Position numbers and translations under genes: made by a program
Assembly: GCF_964194025.1 (NCBI RefSeq)
Contig: NC_134482.1
Location: 27,156,001 to 27,220,000, forward strand
DNA: 64,000 nucleotides
From: Convolutriloba macropyga
Taxonomy: Eukaryota
Direction: 5' to 3'
Shown: in pieces, positions 51,787 through 64,000 of the stretch
How the letters are laid out: each line of letters opens with the position of its first letter
How positions within the stretch are numbered: the first letter of the stretch is position 1
Notes under the pieces: generated by a model
Told to the model about the DNA's origin: nothing
What the model saw: only the letters and a program-made list of their open reading frames with translations
Database searches by the model: none

Positions 51787-54700
51787 TTGAACGGTTGCTC
51801 TCCCAATCGGTCGCAACGAGAAAAACTTTAAACCGCCCAGTTTGTTCTTAGTGGTTCCAAAATCTGTCCGGATATTTTGTATTTTGCAGTTCGCCTCTGT
51901 AACTGTATATTCGCTGTGTTCTTACCGTTGCATTACAACTCAGTTCGCAAGTATTTGCTAATCTTAGTTTCTCCAGCATCGAATCGGACTGGATTTGCTA
52001 CAGATCACACAATACGGGATCTCTTTATGTATACCAGTTCAGTCCGATAGTAAAACAAATCGAAGAAAAAGATATATGTCTAAGACCTGTTTACACAAAA
52101 ATGTTTAAACTTAAACATATGTTGGTTTAGGCTTTTTTACTCACGCGTTGAAATACCAGAAGCTGGGGTTCGTAACAGTTGAATTACAGCTCCAATAGTT
52201 CGTAGATACAAAACACAGTAACAAAAAATATACTGCTCAAGAAAAACTTTCAATACAAGACACAGCAACAAATTACTGCTCAAGAAAATTTTAAACGCAA
52301 GACACAGTAACACGTTTTTTAATGCTCAAGTCGGTTTATTGTTGCAATATTTTGCTTAGTTATATGAAGAAAGCCTTTTCTGCGGCTGCTTTTGCTGTGT
52401 GCTGCTATGTTGTTTTGTTGTTTCCCCTTTATTCTCCACATAACATGACTATGACTGTACTAGTAACTATAACTAAAACTAGGACTATTACGATGACTAA
52501 TAGAAAATTAACACAAAAGTGTTTTCCCCATCGCAGTTTTATGCTGATGCATTTTCATTCGCACTTTGTGAAAGTACAGCCTCAACATCGCCGGCCCTGT
52601 TTTCCTTCGTGAAAACATCTCCATCAATTGGTAGTACTAGAGCGAGCTTCACAAAAGGTCTCCTGTAGACTCCGTCCTTTGTTTGAACCGTTGCCGATCG
52701 AGTTATTCCGTCAGAACCTTTGATAGTTTCTGTAACTCGACAAAGTTTGTAGAACCCTCGTTTGTCACTATCTTCGACCAACCATTTGAGATCACATTTG
52801 TGCAGATTCCTATCAGAATCGCATTTCCATTTGGTTCGATTGTTCAAAATTGTTAGATTCTTCTTTCGGAATCTGTCCCAGATGAGATTCGAGTATGTTT
52901 GTGTTTGTCGAAAGTGTTTTCGATTATCAACGAATTCCTCTGCACATGGTAAACTTGGTAGACAGACATTTTTGTTACCAAGCTGAAAATGATTCGGTGT
53001 AATGGCTTCCAAATCGCTTACGTCAGAACTAACTGGCGTCAATGGTCTAGCATTTAGTGTTTGCTCCACAGGACACATTGTGGCTTAGAGAACACTTTCA
53101 GTAATTGATCGGTTCCCCAACACTGCATACATTGCTTTCTTACAACCTCTAACCAATTTCTCCCACACTCCTTTATAGTGGGGTGCTGCGGGTGAACTTC
53201 CATCTGATCCCATGTTGAACCAAATCTTCTTCACTTCTGTCTTTGTTCCATAACGCGACATACAGTTTGAACTCTCGGTCTGCTCCAAAGAAGTTTGTCC
53301 CGATTTCAATGATCATTTTTAACGGTTTACCTCTTCGAGCTATAAACCGCATAATTGCGTTCAGATAACTATCGGTATCCAACTTTGGGACTCTCTCTAT
53401 GTGTACGGCTCGTACTGTTACAAATGTGAACAAAAAACACCTATGCTTTTCAGTTCTGCGCACAATATTTACTGTAAAAGGGTCATAGTAATGTACTCCA
53501 ACATTTGCAAAAGCTGTTGAAGCATCCAGCCTTTTTTTAGGTAGCTCTGCCATTACGGGAGCTATTTTCTGTGCTTGCTTTTTCGGCAGCTGATACATTT
53601 ACTCTTTATTGAACTCAATGCATTAAATACGCCAACTATCAAGAGTCGTTGCTGAATAATGTTTCTAACATTTTCAGCTCCCTTATAGTTGTAGTCTTTG
53701 CGCTCATTACGCAAGAATATTTCGACAACGTGATGTTTTCAATGCAACAATTTAGAATGCTTTACATTGAAGTCCAATTGATTTTTCCCTATTCTGCCTT
53801 TGGCACGAATAAGTCCCCTTTCGTCAATAAAGGTCGAACACTGCAGAATTTTGGTGCTTTTGGGAATTTCCTTTTCAACTTTTAGAGCTTGCTTCTCTTC
53901 AGCATACTGTTCTTGCTGTAGTAATTTGAAGATGGTTGCCTTGGCTTTTTTTCTTTAATGCCAATTATTTTTGTTGCTGGTTTCGTTTTGCTCAATGCTC
54001 TCTGCACATACGCCATTGTATTTACAATCAGTCAGTTGAAATTGCTAAATCGGTCCCATTTAATGATGCGTTTCTTTTCTTTGGTTGTAGATATGAAGGC
54101 CGTTTGTTCGTTTCGTTAGTCGGAGGCAATTTCTAAATTCACACTTTCAAGCCATTCGTTATCTGGTTGCTTCAACCAGGCCGGCCCCGTGAGCCATTCA
54201 CTTCTCTTGAGTTGATCAACATCAATGGCTCCTGTTCCGATGTCGGCTGGATTGTTGATACCACACATGATTCCACTGTGAAACGTAAGTTGTATCTAAA
54301 ATCTCTGCAACTCGGTTTGCTGCAATCACTTGTTGTATGCGGTGAGAGCCGTGTATCCATTGCAGAACTCTTGTAGAGTCTGTCCACAATTAACAACTTT
54401 GAATCTCTGATTCGTGTTCTTTAACCACCTGTTCTGGCAGTCTCACTGCCATGACTGCCGCTTGTGATTCCAAACGTGGTATCGAAATATATTGCATCGG
54501 TGCGACTCTGCACTTTCCTATTACACATGCTAAGTCTGCTGAGAGTTCTCTGGGCTATGAACGTAGGTATGCCACTGCGCACATTGTGTCTTCAGATGCG
54601 TCGGCAAACACACAAAGTTCCCATTTGCTCTTGGCTGTGCTGAAGTATCTTCTGTCAAGGCTGGTTTCTGCTACTTCTTGAAGCTGGTCTTTCCATTTCA

Positions 54701-57700
54701 GAAGGTCCCCTTCTTCACAAGGTTTTACAGAGTTGTCCCAATGTTCCCCATTTTTGGTCCAGACTTTCTTTAGAAGTCATCTCATGTGAAAATTGAATGG
54801 TGCGAACAGCCCAAGAGGATCAAACACTGATAAAAACAGGAGACACGATCTTCCTTTAGGTGATTGGGTTTTCAACTTTTTTGCCAGTACCTCTGCATAC
54901 CTGTAAAACAATCTTCAGTAACAGCCCACAGAAGTTCAAACACGGATGAACCCACCTTACTAAGTTCTACTTCCACTTGCTTTGTGTCGCTGGTTGATCT
55001 TAAGTCCTCAGAGATTTCTTTGGTGACTTTTTTGCAATTGGTGATCCACTTTTTCAGTTCGGGTAATAGATCGTGTATGGCTAACAGCTTGTCATTTAGG
55101 CATACATCTTTATATTTGGCTGCAGCGTTGCAAACACTGCAAACTTTACCCGGTGTGTTGGGGTTTTCTACTGGATGGTGTGGTAATTACCATTCCTTTC
55201 CAAAAGTACCTTTGACTTTCGATGTGTTCAGGATCTTCACAAACACCTTTTCAACATCTGTATCAATTGACTGTTGATACAATTCTTTCAATTTTGGGTT
55301 TCGGTGGAATCTTCTTTGCAGTGAGTAGAGTTGACCTAAGGCTGAGCTCTAGTTGCTTCGAAGATTTGGTTCTGGTTCACTCCAGAGCATGCGTACTTCT
55401 TACAGCTCGCCTGTAAATTTTTTAGTGCTATCTAAGAACTTCTGAGCTTATTACTCTTTCTTTGATTGAATTACAATATTTATTTTGGAATCAAAGATTT
55501 CTATGTCCCACCAGGGTTAAATGTTTTCTGTCATTTCCTTATCTTCTGTGCTGGCGAAATGACAAACTTTTTGTCCTCTCTTGGCCTTGATGGGTCCAAT
55601 GACTACCCATCTTTTTTCCGCCAAAACAGCGACAGATTCACTTCGTGTTCCTATCTTGTAGTCGGAAGCCTTCTGTAGTTCATAGGCATTTTGACCGAGA
55701 ATAATTCCAGTTTCCATCAAATTGAAACTTTTGTCTGGAAGTACACGCAAATGGCCGAAACTTTGTTTCAGTTTGTTGAAATCATAGTTTGCATTTCTCA
55801 ATGAAATCGAGGGATGTAGAAACGCTTCAAGCGAATGCACCATTGAATGCAGTCCCTTTATTGTTAAGGGGACTTTTTCGGTCTTCAGATCTTTCGTTCC
55901 GTGTGTGCCGAATACATATTTAGTGTAACCTCGGTTCCTTGGGCTTGCAACTTCTCTTGATGCTTTTGATCGATGAATGATACCGTTGAACCACTATCGA
56001 GGAAAGCATAAGTGTTCAGTCAGTTGCGTGCACTCTGGATTGAAACGGGAACTATCTGAAGGAAGCTGGTAATTTCGTTACTTTGATTTTTTGGTGCAGC
56101 GCTCACAATAACTGCGTGATTGCCCTCGTCAATTTGGCTTTCCAAGTGTAGCAAACGGGTGTGCTTTTTGGTACATCCATTTATACCGCACGCGTTGATT
56201 TTGCATTCTTTGATTGCATGTCCTTCTCCCACACAACCAAAACGTAAATGTTGCTTTCTCACTTATATATATCGATCGTTAATGTTCATGTTTTTGAATA
56301 CTGGGCAGTTCCAAATATGATGGGTCCCGTCTGCTAGCGGACATTGATCGCTTTGTGCTGGCTTTGTTTCTTTTACCTTGCAACTCGCATTAAAGTTTGA
56401 CGATTTTGAGAATCATTTACCCTGTTAGCTTTTATTCAATCACCTTCCGTTCGTTCGCTCTCCGTTGATGGTATTCCTTCATGGACAAAAACCATTCGAG
56501 CTAACCATTTTTCAAGGAGAATGAGGTCGGCTCTATCTTTTTGGCACCCGTCAACGAAGAGGAACCATCTTTCTTTCAAATTCGTAGGAAGTTTTTCAAT
56601 TGCCACTTGCAGTGTTGAACTTGAACGCAGGTCGCCCTCATAAATGTATTGCTTCAGTACATTAACTAGGTTGCTGATGGTTATTGAGTAATTAATTATA
56701 GCCGTTGGGTCGTGCCTTCAAGTTGGTTGTTGTTTGCGCAATGTGTTTAGCTGAGCGTCAACAATTAGGTAAGGTCGCCCAAACTTCCGTCCCAGGAGAT
56801 CCCACGCTTGATTGTAGAACTCTACCGAATAGCCCATTCCTGATATAGCTGACTTTGCTTCACCTGTCAACAAAGTTTTCAAGTGGCTCATTTTTCCTGA
56901 GCACGGTATATTGCGATGGCGAACTGTTGCGTAGAATATATTTGACCACTCCGGTCACTATTGGGGGTTTCTGTTGAATGTAGTCAGATTCAACTTAGGT
57001 AGCTGACTACTACTGCTTGGTTTATTGCGCTTAAACCCGTCTTGTTTGCGGGCTGGGCTGGCACACTCTCCGCTTGCTGACCGTCAATTAAGTACCCTTC
57101 GCGATTGAAGCTTACCCTGGTATAATTGTTGTCGATCCTGGTTTTCGCACGCTCGAAACAATAATCTTGGAACTTGGAGAGTTTATCCGAGTTATTGAGC
57201 CAACCGAAATTACCTATGTTCTTCAGGTTTTTCAATTGAATTGTGATCTACTTCGAATAAAATGGGCTGCACTATCATTAGAATCTTATGCTCTTGCGTC
57301 AAGAGCTCCTTTCTCTTATTCCAGTTTCAGTGCACCTTTTTTTTCAAAAATTTGCATCTCCATTTCAAGCTGTTTCTTTTTCAACTAGAATTCAATTTTC
57401 TTCAACCTCATTCTTGATGCAAAATCTTTCTCTAGAGTCGCAAGTTTTTCTGCTTTTTAGCTCGTTTATCAGAGGAGGCCTTTGAATCGTTGCCCATGTT
57501 TAGGTTTCCACTTTCAACAGTTCGTTGGAAAGCTCCTACAACAGACTATGAAGTGTTAGCGGCAGTCGGTTCTGCATCAGTTGTCAATTGCAAGGTTTGA
57601 TTCTGTTGATCCGTCATTTTTGTTTCTCCGTGAAAGTATGGTAACCAATCTGCGTTGAATGTTTGTAGGAAATTTAGTCGTTCAGCTTCGTGACTTTCTA

Positions 57701-58932
57701 ACAATTCTTGGTCAAGAAGAAAAATTGCTCGTTTCCGAAGAAGATTGCAAAGAGACTCGTCAAGCTTCAGTAGCTGTTGATAATTGGTCTTGGTTTTGCT
57801 TGATCTATCGTTGCTTCTGATTAGCTCCTGGCCCTCCTGAGTTTTTGCTTCGAGTTTTTTTCGGCAGTCGCTAATCTGTCTATGCAAAATGTCTTGACTC
57901 TGTGACGGAGTCACTTCGTTTGTACTTTAGGACTGTAGCTTGAATCTTCACAGTGCATTTGTTTATTTGCTTTAAATTAAGCCTTGCTATTCAACTTCTA
58001 GTGCACTTTACCTAATTGGCTTTGCGTAAATTTTCTGTTGGGTTTTGTTTTATTCGTTGATGCCTTGGCACTTCAATTGTCGAGTTGGACAGCAGTTTGT
58101 GTTTCACTGTCCATGTTGGCGAGCCAAGAGTAGCGGCTGCTCTCCCAATCGGTTGCGAGGAGGAACGTTTTACACGGCCCAGTTCGTTCTGACTGATTCC
58201 AAAATCTGTCTGGATTTATTTATTTTTGCAGTTCGCCTTTGTACTGTATATCCACTATGTTCTTACCATTGCATTACAATTCACTTCGTAACTAATTGCT
58301 AATCTTAGTGTTTTCAGTATTGAATTGTACTGGATTTACTGCAGATCACACAAAACGGGATCTATTTATGTATACCAGTTCAATCCGATAGTAAAACAAA
58401 TCGAAGACAAAGATATATGTCTAAGACCTGTTTATGCAAAACTATTTGAACTCAAATTTATTTTGGTTTAGGTTTTTGTGCTCACGCGTTGAAATACCAG
58501 CAGCTGGGGTTTGTAACAGTTGAATTACAGCTCCAAAAATTCGTAGATACAAGACAGAGTTACAAAAAATTTACTGCTCAAGAATAAGCTTCAATACAAG
58601 ACACAGCAACAATTTACTGCTCAAGAATGAATTAAACGCAAGACACAGTAACACGTTTTTTACTGCTGAAGTCAGTTTATTGTTGCAATAGTTTACTTAG
58701 TTATATGAAAAAAAAACTTTTCTGCGGCTGCTTTTGCTGTGTGTTGTTGTGTTGCTTTTCTTATTTCAACCTACTTCTCAACGTCAGGTGACTATGACTG
58801 TACTAGCAACTAAAACTAAATCTGGGACTATTGCGATGACTAATAGTAAATTAATACAAAAATGTTTTCCCTATTGCATTTTTTTATGCTGATGCATTTT
58901 CCTAAGCATGTTGTGAAAGCTCGGCCTCAACA
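51787..58932 (-). mobile_element. BEL/Pao LTR retrotransposon C, degenerate, with internal deletions
   Basis: LTRs about 51787-52587 and 58129-58932. TSD ATCGA at 51782-51786 and 58933-58937. PBS-like TGGCTCGCCAACATGG on the - strand near 58126. AGGGCCGGCGA precedes the 3' LTR. Fragments of gag, protease (FLDSGST), RNase H and integrase (LNARPLTPVSSD...ITPNHF). RT core appears partly deleted near 55100. Confidence 0.92.
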
Positions 58933-59396
58933 ATCGACAAACTTGGCAAATTTGCCACTCAGACATTGACGAGAGCTTGTATTTGATTGTAGCTGGAAAC
59001 TAAACTTTGGAAAACTAGCCTTGGAAGATAGGGCAAGTCTGTTCAGACACTTAATATTTTCCTCGAAACATTTCTACCTCAGCGAGTTTCATAGGCAGTT
59101 TAGATAAACTTAGTGACTTAGCTGTTTCGATTTTCCAATCAACGTGACCTAAGTTTTACCTTTTAGCGACAACCGGGAAAGATGATAATTGCAACCACAA
59201 ATAATCACGTGCTTGAAATCATACTTCATGGTTTCAATGGACATTATCAAAATCACTTAGTCGGTTGAGCTTATGATTCTTGATTATAAAGCATTACAAA
59301 GCAATTCAGCAGGTCATTAATTTAATCTTGCACTGCAACAATAGCTCTCAGAGAGATAAACTGCATATTAATGCAATTGGTTTTGCCAGTTTTCTG

Positions 59397-60980
59397 GGTT
59401 TCCACTTTCAACAGTTAGGAAACTCTGTAACTCTAAAACAGACTGCGAAGTGTTAGCGGCAGTTGGTTTGCATCAGTTGTCAACTGTATGGTTTGATTCT
59501 GTTGATCCGTCATGTTTGTTTCTCCGCGAAAGTATGGTAACCAATCTGCGTTCAATATTTGTAAGAAATTTAGTCGTTCAGATTCGTGACGATCTTCGTC
59601 AAACAGTTCGTTCTGAGTGGTTCCAAAATCTGTCCGGATATTTTGTCTTTTGCAGTTCGCCTCTGTATTGTATATCCGCTGTATTCTTACCGCTTCATTA
59701 AAATTCAGCTCGTATTTTTCTGCTAATCTTACTAGCAACGAGGAAAACTTTAAACCACCCAGTTCGTTCTTAGTGGTTCCAAAATCTGTCCGCATATTTT
59801 GTCTTTTGAAGTTCGCCTCTGTAACTGTATATCCGCTGTGTTCTTACCGCTGCATTGCAACTCAGTTCGCACGTATTTGCTAATCTTAGTTTCTCCAGTA
59901 TCGAATCGGACTGGATTTGCTACAGATCACACAATACGGGATATCTTATGTATACCAGTTCAATCCGTTAGAAAAACAAATCGAAGACAAGGATATATGT
60001 CTAAGACCTAATTATGTAGAAATATTTAAACTTGAACCTATGTTGGTTTGGGCTTTTGTACTCACGCGTTGAAATACCAGAAGCTGAGGTTCGTAACGGT
60101 TGAATTACAGCTCCAATAATTCGCAGATACAAGACACAGTAAGAAATAATATACTGCTCAAGAATAACTTCCAATAGAAGACAAAGCAACAATTTACTGC
60201 TCAAGAAAATTTTGAACGCAAGACACAGTAACACGTTTTTTAATGCTCAAGTCAGTTTATTGTTGCAATATTTTGCTTAGTTATATGATGAAAGCCTTTT
60301 CTGTGGCTGCTTTTGCTGTATGTTGTTGTGTTGCTTTTGTTATTTCCCCCTTTTTCTCCACGTCACGTTACTATGATTGTACTAGTAACTATAACTAAAA
60401 CTGGGACTATTACGATGAATAATAGACAACTAATACAAAAATATTTTTCCTATCGCAGTTTTTATGCTGATGCATTTTCCTAAGTTTGTTGAGAAAGCTC
60501 AGCCTCAACAATCGACAAACTGGGCAAATATGGCTCTCAGACATTGACGAGAGCTTCTATTTGATTGTTGCTTGAAACTAAACTTTGGGAAACTAGCCTT
60601 GGAAGAAAGGGCAAGTCTGTTCAGACACTTCAGATTTCCCTCGAAACATTGAATTTCTACCTCAGCGAGTTTGATAGGCTGTTTAGATAAACTTAGTGAC
60701 TTAGCTGTGTCTATTTTCCAATCAACGTGATAGAATTTTAACTTTTAGCAACAGCCGGGAAAGATGATAATTGCAACCACAAATAATCACGTGCTTGAAA
60801 TCAAACTTCTTATTTTCAAACGACATTATCAAATTCACTTGGTTTTTTGAGCTCAAGTTTCATGAGCAGAAAGCGTTACAAAGCAATTCAGCAAGTCATT
60901 AATTTAATCTTGCACCGCAACAATAGCTCTCAGAGAGCTAAACTGCAACTTAATGCCCCCGGGCTTTGTCAGTTTTCAGG
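59397..60980 (-). repeat. Rearranged tandem duplicate of element C 5' end: gag fragment + partial LTR + LTR + host flank
   Basis: 59397-59605 matches about 57503-57720. LTR pieces at 59606-59735 and 59735-60510. Flank 60511-60980 matches 58933-59398, including the ATCGA TSD copy. Confidence 0.9.
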
Positions 60981-61330
60981 ACGAAAAGTCAAATGGCAGA
61001 CAAAAAATAGATCCAGTGAAAATTGCATTAAAAGACCATCAAGGCCTAAATAGTTTTCTGTACATGTGGCCTGAAATTATGAGGCTCTTGAAGGTTCATA
61101 GACCGCCAAAGACGCAAAACAGCGTCAACAAGCTGATGTGTCAGCTTTTCCTGTCAGTTCTATTTCTTCTAAACTTACCCAATGTTCTTAGTGTTTGGTA
61201 AAACCTATCCCGTGTCCAGTAGTTTAAAGCGATAACATGTTTTGCAGTTTTATTTTTTTATATATAAAAAAAACAGACAATGACTATATGCGACTGCTTA
61301 CAAAATGGACGAATGAGTAGAGGGTAGTAC

Positions 61331-61510
61331 CTGGTTGAGTTGTTTGCGAATGATCTCATCTTTGCCACTTAGCAGTCGACGCAGTGTCCACACTTGACAG
61401 GAGAGGTACTTGGTGTCTTGAGTGATCTCAGGCAGAATTCTCAACTCATTCTGACAGTCTTCAATCTCTTTCTGCTGATCAGTGATCTTCTGCTCCAGAT
61501 TGGAAATGAC
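61331..61510 (-). CDS. Coiled-coil/CAP-Gly gene exon (VISNLEQKITDQQKEIEDCQNELR...KQLNQ)
   Basis: Acceptor tttttaaag, donor CAG|gtacta. 180 nt, phase 0 to 0, coiled-coil composition. Confidence 0.85.
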
Positions 61511-62380
61511 CTTTAAAAACACGATATGCAACTGAAGACTCGCCACGATGTTCATGACTAACCGGATTTATCTGTTTGCATAATAAGAATAATCGATTAT
61601 TCCAATTGAGCTAGCAGATAGAACTCTGCTGCTAAATAAATATGAAAAAAACAGTAAATAAAATAAGATTTCAAAGGATGTTTGCTGTGTGCATACTGCG
61701 CTACGCTCTTGAGCAACGCTTTGCTTCGCGTTATTGAAAACTGTCCTACTATTAGCGAGATGAAACGGTATATTTTAAAGCCAAAGAAGAGATTGCTTGC
61801 GAGAATGCATAACAAGTAACTCGAACGATAGTATATGGCAATATAGGACAAGACTATCAGAGCCGGCAACTTTGGGTTAGCTCATCAACTTATTATGAAG
61901 CAACTTTCGTTAATTTTATTAGGCGGACAATATTTCTTCAAAAAACAGGAGAGAACTATTGAATGGATTATTGGAGATCATAAAGATTGAACGATTCAGA
62001 TCAGTCGGTGGCATGATGTGGCTCACTGAGCTTGCAAGTTAAAAAATGCTCCGACAAAACCAAAAGTGTTTTTTTTAATTGGTTACATTCAGTTAGAACC
62101 TACGAACAGCTGAGTTCAGTGTGTATACAGCAACACATTAATGAACAAATTTATTCAGTATTTATCGAGTCGTCATCAGGAGGTGAACTGGAAAAGAACA
62201 CTTTCATTGATTATGACAAATCTCAAAACAACATCTGAATTATGATAATTTTAGAAAAACTTGGGTTTTGCACATTTTACTAACCACGATTTAAATTAAA
62301 AATAGTGTTTTTTTCAATTAATTTCGTATTTATCGAGTTCAGTAGCTACTAATAACCGAAAAGCTACCTTTCATTTTTAC

Positions 62381-62553
62381 CTGCTCTTTCTCCATAGTTT
62401 CTTCTACAGCCTGTTGTGTCCTATCTTCAGCCTCCCTGGCTTTCTTCTCGTACTCTGGAATGGCCTCCAATCTAATCTCTTTCTCCTCACTCAGTCGCAC
62501 CTCCTCTCTGATGTCATTCAACAACTTCTCTTTGTCAGTCATCAGGAACTGAA
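62381..62553 (-). CDS. Coiled-coil/CAP-Gly gene exon (IQFLMTDKEKLLNDIREEVRL...ETMEKEQ)
   Basis: Acceptor tttcttttcag, donor CAG|gtaaaa. 173 nt, phase 1 to 0, in frame with neighbouring exons. Confidence 0.88.
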
Positions 62554-62908
62554 CTGAAAAGAAATTTTCTATGAATAATTGCAAATCTCAACCCAACACA
62601 CCCGAATTAAGATAATTTTTGAAAATCTGGCGGGTTTTACTTTACACGGTTTCAATGAAAATTAGGGCTTTGCTTTATTTTCTTATAATTTCATTCAAAA
62701 TTGCTTGTTTCTCTATCAAGCACTTTAGTCCTTAGATTTTAGTAAGATTGTGGTTTTCTTCTATAACTACCTCAGACTTATTTAAAAACTGATTGTATAT
62801 TAATACTTTTCAATGAATATCCGAGAAAAAAACGTTTAAAAAGTCAGTGAATAAATTATTTTTTCGATGAGCAGCAAACGCTCAAAAAAGTCATCTTTGA
62901 AATCATAC

Positions 62909-63138
62909 TTTGGTTTTCGAGATCTGTGATTGTGTCATTTAGTTTCTCAATATCCTCATTTTTCTTCTTGATCTCCTCTTCTTTCTCCTTCACTGTCCTC
63001 TGACTGAACTTGAGCAGCTCCTTGTTCAACTCATACTGTGTGTAGATCTTCTCATACTCCTCAATTCGCTTCTCTAAACTCGCTTGGGTCTTCTTGTAAT
63101 GCATGACGTCAATTGTCTTGCCCGATAGTTCCTCGGAT
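62909..63138 (-). CDS. Coiled-coil/CAP-Gly gene, first exon seen in the window (SEELSGKTIDVMHYKKTQASLEKRIEEYEK...DLENQ)
   Basis: Acceptor ttttctcttcag, donor A|gtatga. 230 nt, phase 2 to 1. E/K/L-rich heptad-like peptide. Confidence 0.85.
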
Positions 63139-64000
63139 CTGAAGAGAAAAAGGCCAATTCGGGTATACTAGACACAGAAAACAGAATATCTTGAGAGAAA
63201 AACAGTAAAATCCTGTTCCTTTTTCAATTTCATTATTTGTTGGTTCTTTCTGACACTTCCAATGAACTCCACATAAAAAATCCTCATTAGTTGATAATTG
63301 ATTGGCACTTCCAATCAACAGAAAAAAAGGCACGAGTTGTCAGTTTTTTAAACAGAAAAGAGTTAAATAAATGCCATATCATGAGAAAAGTTTAAAAATT
63401 ATCTGGTGTTTCCCATTATGCCCCCCCGCGCCAGCTTAAGGGTCAGATAATCTATAGCCTCCTCCCCCCAATCATGGTAATTATACCATAATGGGGGCTA
63501 TAATTTCGAGGGGTAATAATGGGAAAGACACGAATTATCAACTTGCTTTGACTTTATCAACATTTTAACGTTCCTCTTTACTAATTCACAGTTGGCAGTT
63601 GAATTTTTTTTCCAAAGCAACCATTATTATGATCAAATGATGTTTGAAATAAATATAAAATTTTGGTTGAAAAATTCTACAAAGCTTCAAAAACGTGAAA
63701 AAATGACTTTGAAAACTCTTTTTTGAATTGCTTCCTTTTGTTCTGTAAGGCATTTTTATTTGAAAAAATTTCTACCAGAATTTCAATAAGATTTCAATGT
63801 TTTGGGATAAACAAAAACCTAAAAAAACAGAGATTTGTCTGTTTTTTTTTATTTCTCTGATTCTTTAAGCAATTAAGGAAGATCAAGTCCCATCACTTTT
63901 GAATTTTATACGCTACAGCGGGTAAAAAGATCACAGCAATATATTTTGCGAAATTATTCAGCAAAAATTGTTTGCAATTCATTACTCTGTTTAACATAGA

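Overview
AT-rich eukaryotic (animal-like, probably invertebrate) genomic DNA with one 200-N assembly gap. Two spliced host genes face each other. (1) On the + strand lies the 3' part of a PLAC8/cornifelin-family Cys-rich gene (exons 3199-3299 and 6640-6777, probably joined through a GC donor). (2) On the - strand lies a gene with 7 phase-consistent exons from 63138 down to 18924, encoding a long coiled coil, a low-complexity linker and a C-terminal CAP-Gly domain; its 5' end is not identified. One intron of this gene (25954-61330, about 35.4 kb) is roughly 90% filled by three different decayed BEL/Pao LTR retrotransposons: A (- strand, from 26156), B (+ strand, 40325-50732, TSD ATAAT) and C (- strand, 51787-58932, TSD ATCGA). 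A and C each carry post-insertion tandem duplications covering the 5' internal region, 5' LTR and host flank. Element B is the most unusual object. Its roughly 3.1 kb leader between the 5' LTR and gag holds an extra ORF with an SGNH/GDSL-hydrolase-like motif order, followed by four conserved ~33-nt hairpin-forming direct repeats with dissimilar spacers, then a CpG-rich, almost A-free 53-bp minisatellite. The rest is MITE-like, foldback and minisatellite DNA. All calls were made by eye; no database search was run.
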